This document shows, in pieces, positions 44,035 through 53,650 of a DNA stretch of 64,000 nucleotides. The notes under the pieces were generated by a model. It ran no database searches. It was not told where the DNA came from and saw only the letters and a list, made by a program, of their open reading frames with translations. Made by a program: the position numbers and the translations under genes. How positions within the stretch are numbered: position 1 is the stretch's first letter; each line of letters begins with the position of its first letter. Origin of the DNA: a virus (lineage: Duplodnaviria; Caudoviricetes); IMG/VR virus record IMGVR_UViG_3300033416_000001, positions 7,649-71,648 of that record; one strand, written 5' to 3'.

Positions 44035-47000
44035 ATGGTGTACTCGGCAAAAGTCGGCAGCTTCAATATAGATACCTCCAAGACGCTTGGGCAGACCCAA
44101 GCCATTACTGGCGTTGGCTTCCAGCCCAAAGTCGTACTGTTTTGGTGGGGTGGGTCAACGGATACCGGCGATGCCGTTGGTGGCGGCGATATCAATATGG
44201 GCTTTGGTGCTGCCATTAGCTCCAGCAGCCGGTTCTGTATCAATGGATTCAGCCTGGATGGGGCAGCGACTAGCGATGCGTCGAGTGAACAAGACAACGA
44301 CACCGTAATCACCATTTACTCCGACGCGGCGACAGTGGACGGGGACATGGATCTGCAGTCTATGGACTCGGACGGATTTACCCTGGTGGTGGATAACCAG
44401 TTCACTATCGCCGCGCGAATTCACTACCTGGCGCTGGGCGGTGACGACCTTACCAACGTATATCTCGGCAGCCAGGTCACCCCGGCAACCCCAGGGGAGT
44501 ACGGCGTGACCGGCGTTGGATTCCAGCCGGATGCGGTCATCATTGTCGGGCGACCCTATAGCGCAGCTACTGGCCTTGGAACGAACCAGGGGTTTACCAT
44601 CGGCCTTGCCACCGGAAGCGGTGCGCAAGGCGTCGCCTTTGGCTACAGTCAGGACGGCGTGGCCACAAGCAACAGCTACGGGTATGGCTACAACGGTGAT
44701 GATATTGGCGATACTGCCAACTCCCGGGAAAGGTTTGTCTCGTTCGGCGCGGACGGCTTCACCCAAAACCATCTGGAGGGGGTCGCCCGCTATTACTACT
44801 TCATCTGCCTGAAGGGCGGCAGCTACTCGGTAGGCGACCTAACGACTAGGACGGACAGCAACGACATCAGCGAGACGGTCGGCTTCCATCCGAGAGCCAT
44901 CCTGTTTGCCAGCGCCAACCGGGCCTTGTCTACGGAAGATACCAGTAGTGCGCACAACCGGATTAGCATCGGCGCGGCAAGCTCTGCATCGGAACGGGCC
45001 TGTATGGCCATCTCTGATGAAGACAATCTAGCGGACACCGAAACGGCTCGCGCAAGCTATGACAGCGCCGTATATGCCCATGTTGAGGACGATGCTATAG
45101 CTGGCCTGATGGACATAAAGTCCATAGACGCCAGCGGGTTCACTTGCGTGATGGACGATACAGACCCGTCGGGATGCTGGGTGACATACCTGGCGTTTGG
45201 TCCGACTCCAGCGACGCAGGCTTGCGCCGGAACCTTGAGCTTGGGAGGTAATCCGAGCAAGCAGGTCTTGACGCCACGACTGGGCGCGCTTACGATGTCC
45301 GGTGATCCGGTTAGAAAGCTGCTCCGCAATCTAGCGGGCGCGCTTACGCCGCGCGGGGCGCGAAGCTCAATCGCGATTATCTGTGTTGGCCCCTACTACC
45401 CTGGAACTGCCGCAACAGTTTCAGAGACGCCATACGATGACGATACTTGGCTGAGCATCAATAACATCAAGGCCACTGATACTAGCTACGCCAGTATTGT
45501 GGCAAGTAGCTACGATGCCGATGACTATTCCTACGTCATGCAGGCGACCAACTTTGGCCTTGATGCGGTTATCCCGAGCAATGCGGCGTCCATCGCGGGG
45601 ATCAAGGTAGAGGTGCGCGGGTACGGCCTGGGAGGGACTAGCTGTGACGCCCTGGCGCAACTATGCTACGGCGGATCACGGGTGGGAGACAATAAGGCCA
45701 CAAGCACCAACTGGGGCGGAAGTTTTTCCATCAAGACGTATGGCGGCTCTGCAGACACTTGGGGCGCCGGCCTTACCGTAGCGCAGGTTCGCGATAGCTC
45801 GTTCGGCGTCCACTATGTCAATATGGCCACGGGGCCAAATGCAGATGTCTACATAGACTACATTCGCATTACCGTCTGCTACACAGTGGCTAGCGGGCAG
45901 ACACTCGAACAGAGTGCCGCGGGGGCCTTGACTCTCGCCGGAGAGGCTCGCGCCAAAGGCAAGAAGGTACTGGCGGGCGTGTCAAGCATTGCCGGCGATT
46001 CAGCCAAGAAGGTAAAGCGGGTCTTCTCTGGCGCGTGGGACAGCACAGGCGATGCTATCAAAAAGCCTCTCAGATCCCTAGCCGGGGTACTGTCGACTGT
46101 TGGAGCCGTTACTACAATAAAGAAGGTCATCAAGGCTCTCGAAGGCGCACTAGCCGCAAGCGGTGACATAATCCGCAAGACAGGGTATCACCTAGCGGGG
46201 ATCCTGTATCTCAACGAACCGGTGCGCCACTTCATCGAGTTCAACGGCTCCTCAACCAAAATCGAGTGCGGCAGTGACTCATCTTTGGATGACATACCTT
46301 TGGACGGGTCGTTCACAATTGACTGCTGGCTGACTCATCACGAGGGGATGAACTACGGCACGATAATCTCTAAGATAGTGCCTGGCGACGATATGTCCCC
46401 GGGTGGCTGGCTAGAAGAAATATACATCACCGATGTGCTCTGGATGACCATCGTTGGACAATCTGGCGCGTGGGCTTGGACGCATACCGTCGAGAAGGTA
46501 TCGCGCGATGTCTGGCATCATATCACGATGACCTATGACGATACCACCAAGAAGGCGTACTTTGCGATTGATGGAGTGTGGTGCACCTATTCGGTGCAGG
46601 ATACCCTTGGCACGTACCTGTCGGATGGCTCCTACAATCTGCAAATCGGCTATTGGAACGCCGATCCGCCGCAGGACTACTGGCGCGGCGGAATTGCGTG
46701 GATGCGTATTTCGAGTGGAGACCGTTTTGGTATAGGCGTGAACTTTACTCCGCCTCCCAAAGTTGTCAAGCCAGAAGCCGACGGCAATACTATTGAACTG
46801 TGGCAACTGGAGGAAGGCGAGGGGGCGACTGCCTATGCCGAAGTGGTCAGCGCCAACAACGGCACGATCACTAACGGTACGTGGAACGAATTCCGGTCTC
46901 TTACGCTAAAGACAATCACCGAGCGTATTGGAGCCCTGCTACTTGCCGGCAACCCGATACGCAAAGCTAAGCGTTTGCTGGAGGGTGCATGGACGAGCGC

Positions 47001-48777
47001 CGGCGACCTCGTGCGCCTCAGAACGAAGGCGCTCGCGGGCGCGATAGCCTCCTCGGGCGTTCTTCTCGGCAAAGGCAAGAAGGCACTGCCGGGAACATGG
47101 AGTTCCACCGGCGATCTTTGGATGTACACAAAGACCGTACTGGCGGGGGTGTGGTCGGGAAGCGGCAATCTTGTTACGCGGCTATTCAAGGTGGTTATAC
47201 TGGTGGGGGAGTGGACGGGGACAGGCGTTCTCGTCGGCAAGGGGAAGAAAGCACTCTCGGGGGCGCTTACATTTGCGGGGGCACTACTTGGCAGGGCGAA
47301 GAAGGCGCTCGCAGGGGCAACGGCCTTGGCCGGTGTCACCTACCAGAAAACAAGGACGACGCTTTCAGGGGCGCTTGCATCTGCCGGAACGCTGCTCGGC
47401 AAGGGGAAGAAGGTGCTCTCGGGGGCAACGGCCTTGGCCGGTGTCACCTACCAGAAAACAAGGACGACGCTTTCAGGGGCGCTTGCATCTGCCGGAACGC
47501 TGCTCGGCAAGGGGAAGAAGGTGCTCTCGGGGGCGGCAACCTTGGCCGGTGTCACCTACCAGAAAACAAAGACGACCCTCACGGGGATCTGGAGCTCAAT
47601 CGGCGCTGCCATCGGAGAGAAGGTCGCGGGGCTGCAGTACAAGGCAATTGACGGTGCCCTAACCTTTGTTGGCGATATTCGAAGAAGCACTAGCACGCTT
47701 CGCTACGGCGCGGTAACATTCGCCGGGGCTACCTATCATAAGACAAAGACGTTGCTTGCAGGCGCGCTAGCATTCGTTGGAAACGCCTATCGCAAAACCA
47801 CGCAGGTATTCGCCGGCGCGATAACCTTCGTCGGCGGCTTACGAGGCAAAGCAAAGCTAGTTCTCTTAGGGGCTTGGCATAGCGCGGGGGATGTACGCAG
47901 CAAAACTAGGGCTGCAGTTGCTGGAGCATTGACCTATGCCGGCAATATCCAAAAGAGGACGGCGACTACTCTCGCAGGCATCTGGTCCTCGATTGGTGAT
48001 GTTGTTGGCGAGAGGCTACCAGGTCTCATAAAGAAGGCCCTCGATGGGGCAATTGCCACCAGTGGCACGCTGGCAAAGGGCACGGCCACAGCGATAAGTG
48101 GTATACTGGCAACGGTCGGGAGCCTTACGCGAACCGGAGGGAAAGCACTTTCGGGGGTGCTGTCATCAAGCGGCCAGTTAGGTGTACTGGGGCGCAAATT
48201 GCTCGCCGGGGCACTGGGCGCGGGCGGCGCAATACTCCGCAGTGTTCGCACGAATCTCACGGGTGCCATGAGTTTGGCGGGTAGCCTTTCGCGGCGGACG
48301 AAGACAACTGTCGTAGGTGCGTTAACGAGTATCGGCGACCTGGCGGCTCAGAGGATCGCCAATCTATACTACCAGGCGATTGAAGGGGCACTCAATACCG
48401 CAGGAACCTTGAGCAAGCGCGGAGCCAAGATTCTCAGTGGGGGGTTGAACTACGCCGGAGAACTGTCGCGAAAGACATCTACGACACTTAATGGCGCATT
48501 AAGCACTCTCGGTTCGCTCGCCGCACAACTCGCCGGCTTCTATCAAGTTAACCTTGCCGGGGTGCTCGCCCCTACAGGCGCCGTCACACGGCGTGTGCGC
48601 AGGATATTGAGTGGCGTGCTGAATTTCATCGGGCGCCTCATATCCTTGGGGCCTCCGGAGACCGTCAGTTTTATCGTATACATTACGCAGAACCATTCTG
48701 CGGATACATATATCGTGCAGGCGATGACTGCAGACACTTATATTACACAGGAGCAATCGCTGGACGTTGAACTATGA
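44035..48777 (+). CDS. giant tail fibre/adhesin-like protein with LamG domain and 18-aa repeats
   Basis: Three G[VF]GF[QH]P domains, LamG (FTIDCWL, WHHITMTYD), long K..L.G.L...G repeats. Confidence 0.75.
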   Translation: MVYSAKVGSFNIDTSKTLGQTQAITGVGFQPKVVLFWWGGSTDTGDAVGGGDINMGFGAAISSSSRFCINGFSLDGAATSDASSEQDNDTVITIYSDAATVDGDMDLQSMDSDGFTLVVDNQFTIAARIHYLALGGDDLTNVYLGSQVTPATPGEYGVTGVGFQPDAVIIVGRPYSAATGLGTNQGFTIGLATGSGAQGVAFGYSQDGVATSNSYGYGYNGDDIGDTANSRERFVSFGADGFTQNHLEGVARYYYFICLKGGSYSVGDLTTRTDSNDISETVGFHPRAILFASANRALSTEDTSSAHNRISIGAASSASERACMAISDEDNLADTETARASYDSAVYAHVEDDAIAGLMDIKSIDASGFTCVMDDTDPSGCWVTYLAFGPTPATQACAGTLSLGGNPSKQVLTPRLGALTMSGDPVRKLLRNLAGALTPRGARSSIAIICVGPYYPGTAATVSETPYDDDTWLSINNIKATDTSYASIVASSYDADDYSYVMQATNFGLDAVIPSNAASIAGIKVEVRGYGLGGTSCDALAQLCYGGSRVGDNKATSTNWGGSFSIKTYGGSADTWGAGLTVAQVRDSSFGVHYVNMATGPNADVYIDYIRITVCYTVASGQTLEQSAAGALTLAGEARAKGKKVLAGVSSIAGDSAKKVKRVFSGAWDSTGDAIKKPLRSLAGVLSTVGAVTTIKKVIKALEGALAASGDIIRKTGYHLAGILYLNEPVRHFIEFNGSSTKIECGSDSSLDDIPLDGSFTIDCWLTHHEGMNYGTIISKIVPGDDMSPGGWLEEIYITDVLWMTIVGQSGAWAWTHTVEKVSRDVWHHITMTYDDTTKKAYFAIDGVWCTYSVQDTLGTYLSDGSYNLQIGYWNADPPQDYWRGGIAWMRISSGDRFGIGVNFTPPPKVVKPEADGNTIELWQLEEGEGATAYAEVVSANNGTITNGTWNEFRSLTLKTITERIGALLLAGNPIRKAKRLLEGAWTSAGDLVRLRTKALAGAIASSGVLLGKGKKALPGTWSSTGDLWMYTKTVLAGVWSGSGNLVTRLFKVVILVGEWTGTGVLVGKGKKALSGALTFAGALLGRAKKALAGATALAGVTYQKTRTTLSGALASAGTLLGKGKKVLSGATALAGVTYQKTRTTLSGALASAGTLLGKGKKVLSGAATLAGVTYQKTKTTLTGIWSSIGAAIGEKVAGLQYKAIDGALTFVGDIRRSTSTLRYGAVTFAGATYHKTKTLLAGALAFVGNAYRKTTQVFAGAITFVGGLRGKAKLVLLGAWHSAGDVRSKTRAAVAGALTYAGNIQKRTATTLAGIWSSIGDVVGERLPGLIKKALDGAIATSGTLAKGTATAISGILATVGSLTRTGGKALSGVLSSSGQLGVLGRKLLAGALGAGGAILRSVRTNLTGAMSLAGSLSRRTKTTVVGALTSIGDLAAQRIANLYYQAIEGALNTAGTLSKRGAKILSGGLNYAGELSRKTSTTLNGALSTLGSLAAQLAGFYQVNLAGVLAPTGAVTRRVRRILSGVLNFIGRLISLGPPETVSFIVYITQNHSADTYIVQAMTADTYITQEQSLDVEL
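47314..47580 (+). repeat. 108-bp in-frame tandem duplication
   Basis: Units start 47314, 47422 and 47530 (GATALAGVTYQKTRTTLSGALASAGTLLGKGKKVLS); first two identical at the DNA level. Confidence 0.9.
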
Positions 48778-48855
48778 ACGGGTTAATCCTAGCACCGCAG
48801 GGAGCTTTTGCTTTGTATCCTCCCATGCGCATCCTGATCTCTACGAGGAAATCGC

Positions 48856-49206
48856 ATGACAACCAAAAACGGAGATATCGAAACACACACCACTGTTAGC
48901 CTTCGGGCCTATGTGGATATGCGCTTTGCGGAGGCGGAGAAAGCCATGATTCAAGCCCGAGAGCAAATGGCACATCGCCTTGACACAATGAACCAATTCC
49001 GCGAAGCCCTAAAGGACCAAGCGGCACAGATGGTTACAAGGAGAGAGCTCTTGGCAGAATTGACGCCACTCAAGACAGAACTCCAAGAACTGCGTGATTT
49101 TCGGATCACATTGCAGGCCAAGGCATCGCAACAGTCGGTGTACATCACCCTGTTGATTGCGCTGGCGGGGCTGATACTGAATATCGTCGACAAGCTAGGT
49201 CCCTGA
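48856..49206 (+). CDS. coiled-coil protein with C-terminal TM helix (possible lysis accessory)
   Basis: RLDTMNQFREALKDQ pattern; VYITLLIALAGLILNIV TM. Confidence 0.6.
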   Translation: MTTKNGDIETHTTVSLRAYVDMRFAEAEKAMIQAREQMAHRLDTMNQFREALKDQAAQMVTRRELLAELTPLKTELQELRDFRITLQAKASQQSVYITLLIALAGLILNIVDKLGP

Positions 49207-49211
49207 TCGCC

Positions 49212-50330
49212 ATGGGCAAACTCAAATGGAAGATCCCGGGGCAGTATGCGACCTTGCCGCCCAATCAGACCCTGGATGACTGGCTTATCAGCCAGCGCGC
49301 TTCGGGCAAGAATCCCAAGCAGTTGGCGTGCGAAATCGCCGTCATCACGGGGCTGGAGCCAGAGGATATCAATAAGGCGGTTCACCGGCGTTGCGAGAAG
49401 CTATCCTGGAGTTCTGGATCAGGCTACGTGGCCCGGGCTATCTCTGACGGCCTGCAGGAACATCTCCGGCTCAAGTTGGACTTACCCCAACATGAGGCGC
49501 CGGATGCAGACAAGTTGCTCGCGGCCTACATTGCGTTACACGACGAGATGCGCAAGTTCCGCAAGACGTGGTCGGACGTTACGGCAAGGATCGACAGCCA
49601 GGTACCGATTGGGATTGTGTTCACATCAGATTGGCACGTTGGGCCAGTGGGTACCGATCTGCGGGCATTAGAGGCAGACATTGATCTGATTGTGGCCACG
49701 CCCAACCTGTACGCCTATGTGGGCGGGGATGCGGCGCACAACTTTATCCTGTCGGTCATGGCCCACTTTGGCGACATGGAGACCGATATGAGAGTGGACG
49801 ACCAGTTCATCCTTGTACAGCGGTGGCTGGAGAGGCTACGTCCTAAACTCATCGCTGTCGGAGATGGCAACCACAGTTGGACGACCAAGGTGGCTGACGA
49901 CAACCGCATTGCCAAGATATGCGCCGACTTGCGCCTGGTGTATACTGGGTTCGGCGGGATGCTGCGCTTGATCTTGCCCGGACAGAGCTATAAGATTTAT
50001 CGCGTACACCGCGGCAGGTACAATTCGAGCTTCAACCTGACGCACGCGGTCAAGCGCCTATACGAGTTTGCCCCGGAGCCGTTTGATGTGGGGGTCATTG
50101 AGCATGGGCACCAGCCCACCATCGAGCCATTCGAGAGACACGGCCTGACTCGGCTAGCGGTGCGCACCGGGTCATATCAAATCGACTCGGACTTTGCGCG
50201 GGAGCAGGGATTGACCTGGACAAAAGGCACCCCAGTGGTGGTGTTTGATCCGCAGGTGCGGCGGATGACCGGGTTCATGGACCTGGAGGTTGCGGCGCGG
50301 TTTCTGAAGTCTGAGGCGAACGGCAGATAA
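49212..50330 (+). CDS. calcineurin-like metallophosphoesterase with N-terminal HTH-like domain
   Basis: SDWHVG, GGDAAHN, GDGNH, HRG, EHGH metal-binding motifs. Confidence 0.85.
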   Translation: MGKLKWKIPGQYATLPPNQTLDDWLISQRASGKNPKQLACEIAVITGLEPEDINKAVHRRCEKLSWSSGSGYVARAISDGLQEHLRLKLDLPQHEAPDADKLLAAYIALHDEMRKFRKTWSDVTARIDSQVPIGIVFTSDWHVGPVGTDLRALEADIDLIVATPNLYAYVGGDAAHNFILSVMAHFGDMETDMRVDDQFILVQRWLERLRPKLIAVGDGNHSWTTKVADDNRIAKICADLRLVYTGFGGMLRLILPGQSYKIYRVHRGRYNSSFNLTHAVKRLYEFAPEPFDVGVIEHGHQPTIEPFERHGLTRLAVRTGSYQIDSDFAREQGLTWTKGTPVVVFDPQVRRMTGFMDLEVAARFLKSEANGR

Positions 50331-50353
50331 CCGTTCGAGGCTGAACCAGGTAC

Positions 50354-50394
50354 CTGACAAGAGTGGTAGCGGGCCCCCGCCACTCTCTTGTCGG
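50354..50394. terminator. hairpin between convergent operons
   Basis: GACAAGAG-TGG...CCA-CT-CTCTTGTC inverted repeat at the convergence point. Confidence 0.6.
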
Positions 50395-50403
50395 GTATCT
50401 GGT

Positions 50404-50709
50404 TCAGCCTTTGTCTATAAGGTCGTCGAAATCCTGGAGGCGCAGCATTACGAGGTCGCCGGCATGGCGCATACCGCATTGGTGTAGGATAACGATGGGG
50501 ATTTGATTCGGCGCGGCGGCATCAACGCTCTGCTGCATTGCCGCAAGCAACCAGGTAGCCAACCGTTTGCGGTCTTTGACCTCAATGGCCAGGCCATCTA
50601 CGCCAACGATGTCTGAACCCTCTTTGCCTCGCGGCCCGGCGCGGGCGCCACCAAAATGGGCGGCCAGGGCGAGCTCCACCCTTTTCCAACGTTTGTTAGG
50701 CATCGACAT
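50404..50709 (-). CDS. Holliday junction resolvase, Hjc-type PD-(D/E)xK
   Basis: WKRVELALA..FGG, GSDIV, AIEVKDRK. Confidence 0.8.
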   Translation of the reverse strand: MSMPNKRWKRVELALAAHFGGARAGPRGKEGSDIVGVDGLAIEVKDRKRLATWLLAAMQQSVDAAAPNQIPIVILHQCGMRHAGDLVMLRLQDFDDLIDKG

Positions 50710-51010
50710 CACCACGATATGTTCCGCGCTTCTGCAGTTCTCGAACATCTTCCAGCTCGTCACGTATTTGGCGCAGGGCCTTTAGAATCCTACGGCCCAT
50801 CTCTTGTGCCAAGGGCCCCTCGGCGATAGACTCGGCGAGGCAAGTCAGGGAAAACCCGCCGCTGGTTGGATCGAACATTAACTCTTCAGACATTACGCCG
50901 AGAGTGCGCTCTGATTGCTGATCTACTTCGAGGCCCGAAATCACAATCGCGTGACGGCGCTCATCAAACACCACATTGATATGTAGCAAGACTTCTCTTC
51001 CAATAGACAT
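50696..51010 (-). CDS. hypothetical protein
   Basis: ATG 51010 (MSIGR) behind AGGAG. Confidence 0.65.
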   Translation of the reverse strand: MSIGREVLLHINVVFDERRHAIVISGLEVDQQSERTLGVMSEELMFDPTSGGFSLTCLAESIAEGPLAQEMGRRILKALRQIRDELEDVRELQKRGTYRGDVDA

Positions 51011-51054
51011 GATAACTCCTGTAGAGGGGCCTGACGGAAGAGGCCCCTCCATTG

Positions 51055-51474
51055 TTAAGTCTGCGTGTACAGTCCCCGGAACGCTGTTGCTGGCCGTGTC
51101 ACATAGAACCACAGTTGCTGGCCCAGGAGAACGATCACTGGCCACAGGGTGTTGACCCAGGTCGGGATCTGCGGAATCCACGGGATCGCGAGCCGGGCAA
51201 TGGCGCTGGCTACTGCGGCGAACAGGATGGCCGCAATCCAGGCATAGTCCTCGTTGATGCTAGGCCAAATCTTGCGGATCACAGCCAGTGCCAGGCTGGA
51301 CACGATGCCGATGGCCTCGGCTGAAACGAGCCACATAATCAGCGCGGCCAGGGATCCCAGCGGATTGCCATCTGCCGCGACCCCGAGCAGCCCAACGCCC
51401 ACGAGAGACGCCAGGCAAATGCGGGCTATCCTGTCGGCAGCGAGACGCTTTTCTGAAGACATCATCTTTATCAC
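51055..51474 (-). CDS. multi-pass membrane protein (holin-like)
   Basis: Three to four hydrophobic helices; RBS GGAGGTG. Confidence 0.6.
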   Translation of the reverse strand: MIKMMSSEKRLAADRIARICLASLVGVGLLGVAADGNPLGSLAALIMWLVSAEAIGIVSSLALAVIRKIWPSINEDYAWIAAILFAAVASAIARLAIPWIPQIPTWVNTLWPVIVLLGQQLWFYVTRPATAFRGLYTQT

Positions 51475-51560
51475 CTCCCTTCTACATAGAGTTTACTACA
51501 TGGACGGATGTAGGTCAAGCGACACCCACCTATTATGTCCCTACCTAACGCGCGCGGTAA

Positions 51561-52619
51561 TCAGGCCACAACGCGATCTGTCTTGGATATTGTGCCCAAG
51601 CCCGCACGGCAGGCCAAGTTCAGGTCAATGCCAAAAGCATTGTGGGTCGTCCTGCCAAGTTTGGTCTTCATTGGGCCGACGAAGTAATATCCGCGGCCCA
51701 GAGAGACAGATTGTGATGTTTCCGCAGCCGCGCGGGATAGTTCTGGCGCGCTCAAGGCAGTTTCGCCGGACAGGCGACGGGCCTGGAGCCAGTCGGTAGC
51801 TGCCTGGCTCAGAGAGAACCATAGGATGTTGGGTCTGATCTCGTATGGAAAGTCTGCCATGTTCTCGCGCACGGCTGTTAGAACCCACGAGGCGAACACA
51901 TCAACCAGGGTGAGCGCCCCAACCGGAGAGCTAACGGGGCGGTACGGGTCGCCAATGGGCTGTTCAGCGAATATCAGTTCAATTGTTCCCGTGGACAGTC
52001 CCGCCTCACGCAGGGCCAGTATCACCTCTAGCTCGCCCTCTACGCGGTCGAGAACTCCCTGGCCAGTTCTGCCCATCACCGGCGGGCGAGATAGGATTAG
52101 TTCAATCACTTGCCGGTTGACAAGGCTGGCAGCCCAAACGTCTCTCCCGCGGTAGATGAGGTCGGGCCTCCAGCGCAAAGCATGGCAGCCATCTACTCCT
52201 GGAATGGGTAAGAACCATTTGGTGGCGACGCAGGAAATATTCTCTTTACATCCAAGTGGCGGCCTGAACAGAACCTCCTGGTTGGTTACATCCCTGGGAA
52301 GAGGCTCGGACATAGCCCAAAGAGCATAGCACCCCGACTCCCAAGCAGCGACGAGTGTCGGCGGCAAGGGAAAGAAACACACGTCGTAGTCACCTGGTTG
52401 CTTGCCTGTCTGAACCAGGCCGACAGCGGTGGAATAGCCCTGGCCGTTGCCCAACTGCACGAACGGGACGAACCTCTTGGCTCCTGATGCCAAGGCCGTC
52501 GCTAGATCCTTTTCAGAGGTAACCACAAGCGGCTTATTGACCATATCCCACACACGGGTCTCGTAACCTTGTCCTCTGAAGATGGGCGCCAACAGGGCGC
52601 TCAATATCTCGTTAGACAT
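51561..52619 (-). CDS. degenerate RepB/AEP primase-like protein
   Basis: ATG 52619; PPTLVAAWESGCYALWAMSEP aligns with primase P..V.SG.G.H.YW.L; DRVEGELEVILALREAG..FAEQPIG resembles primase C-terminal helices. Confidence 0.45.
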   Translation of the reverse strand: MSNEILSALLAPIFRGQGYETRVWDMVNKPLVVTSEKDLATALASGAKRFVPFVQLGNGQGYSTAVGLVQTGKQPGDYDVCFFPLPPTLVAAWESGCYALWAMSEPLPRDVTNQEVLFRPPLGCKENISCVATKWFLPIPGVDGCHALRWRPDLIYRGRDVWAASLVNRQVIELILSRPPVMGRTGQGVLDRVEGELEVILALREAGLSTGTIELIFAEQPIGDPYRPVSSPVGALTLVDVFASWVLTAVRENMADFPYEIRPNILWFSLSQAATDWLQARRLSGETALSAPELSRAAAETSQSVSLGRGYYFVGPMKTKLGRTTHNAFGIDLNLACRAGLGTISKTDRVVA

Positions 52620-52797
52620 GATCCTCCTCTCGTATTCGGGGTGCGCCGATGATAACAAGCTCGCGCAGTCTCAACTCTCTCTTGGCTGCAAACCAGGCTT
52701 CGATCTGGGCGTCGTTAAGCTGATACATGGCGTCATAGAATTTGACGACCTTCTCCAGGTCTGGTGTTGTCATGTCGGCAAAGGGGCGCTCGGCCAT
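52612..52797 (-). CDS. small hypothetical protein
   Basis: ATG 52797 overlapping upstream TAA. Confidence 0.6.
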   Translation of the reverse strand: MAERPFADMTTPDLEKVVKFYDAMYQLNDAQIEAWFAAKRELRLRELVIIGAPRIREEDHV

Positions 52798-53396
52798 TAT
52801 GAGAATCTCCAATCCAGCACCTTGGCCATCCTGCGGCAGAACACTGCGACCATGCCGCGATCCACCTCATACTCCATGCGCTTGCCCGCGCGGTGAGAAC
52901 GGACAAAGCCCATCTCCACGAGCGGCATCAGGTGGTGGCGCAGGGTCATCACCGGGAGGTTCCCCAGGTCGGCCCGCAATTCCTTGGCCGTGCGCGGGCT
53001 CTTGGTCAGGATGCGCAATAGCTCCAGCCGGCGCGGATGCTCGGCCAGGTTCACGCCGCACACCCACCCTATGAGGGTATCAGCAGGATATCCAGTTGCG
53101 ACCAGGAATTCGTGTTCGACGAAGCCCGCGACGATCTCCTCCAGCACTGGGGCGGGGACGCCCGAGACGTGTTCAAACAGCGCCTCGGCGATCTTGGCGA
53201 CGGTGAGTTCCTCTACCTCGGCCAGGGCGCCAAATTCGCCCGCCACGAACAGGAGCACATCATTGGCGAGTGTCCATGCCTTGCCGGTGTCGATCACATC
53301 CAGATCGCTGTCCGTGACCCTGGACGGACCCCCGGGGAGCATCTTTAATCTGCCCGCGACTAGATTCCCCAATGCGGTCAATTCAATCTTCATCAA
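52797..53396 (-). CDS. transcription regulator with C-terminal ArsR-type winged HTH
   Basis: HPRRLELLRILTKSPRTAKEL...TLRHHLMPLVEMGFVRSHRAGKRMEY. Confidence 0.8.
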   Translation of the reverse strand: MMKIELTALGNLVAGRLKMLPGGPSRVTDSDLDVIDTGKAWTLANDVLLFVAGEFGALAEVEELTVAKIAEALFEHVSGVPAPVLEEIVAGFVEHEFLVATGYPADTLIGWVCGVNLAEHPRRLELLRILTKSPRTAKELRADLGNLPVMTLRHHLMPLVEMGFVRSHRAGKRMEYEVDRGMVAVFCRRMAKVLDWRFS

Positions 53397-53650
53397 GTCT
53401 CCTTTTGTTTCGGTTGCTCATAGCCCACGACGCACCGGGGCTTTTTGTCGCAAAGCCTGTTGCAGGTAAAGGAGAGCGAGTCGTCGGCGTAGACGTTGTC
53501 CTCATCTGCGCTGAAAACGGCGGCCCTCAATCTACCCCCGCAGGCCAAGCTGATCTCCCACTGCCGTACCCTGGGGAACAACGTGATCTTTGTCACTTCG
53601 CACGCCGGAATGATTCGCATTCCGCCCACTCTTTGCTCCATCTGCAGCAC
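53393..53650 (-). CDS. hypothetical protein
   Basis: RBS GGAGGTG upstream; overlaps the tail of the radical SAM ORF. Confidence 0.5.
   Translation of the reverse strand: MLQMEQRVGGMRIIPACEVTKITLFPRVRQWEISLACGGRLRAAVFSADEDNVYADDSLSFTCNRLCDKKPRCVVGYEQPKQKET

Noticed and set aside
34886-48777. Diversity-generating retroelement targeting the fibre genes
   Set aside because: No reverse transcriptase; repeats are identical or synonymous variants, not adenine-specific TR/VR pairs
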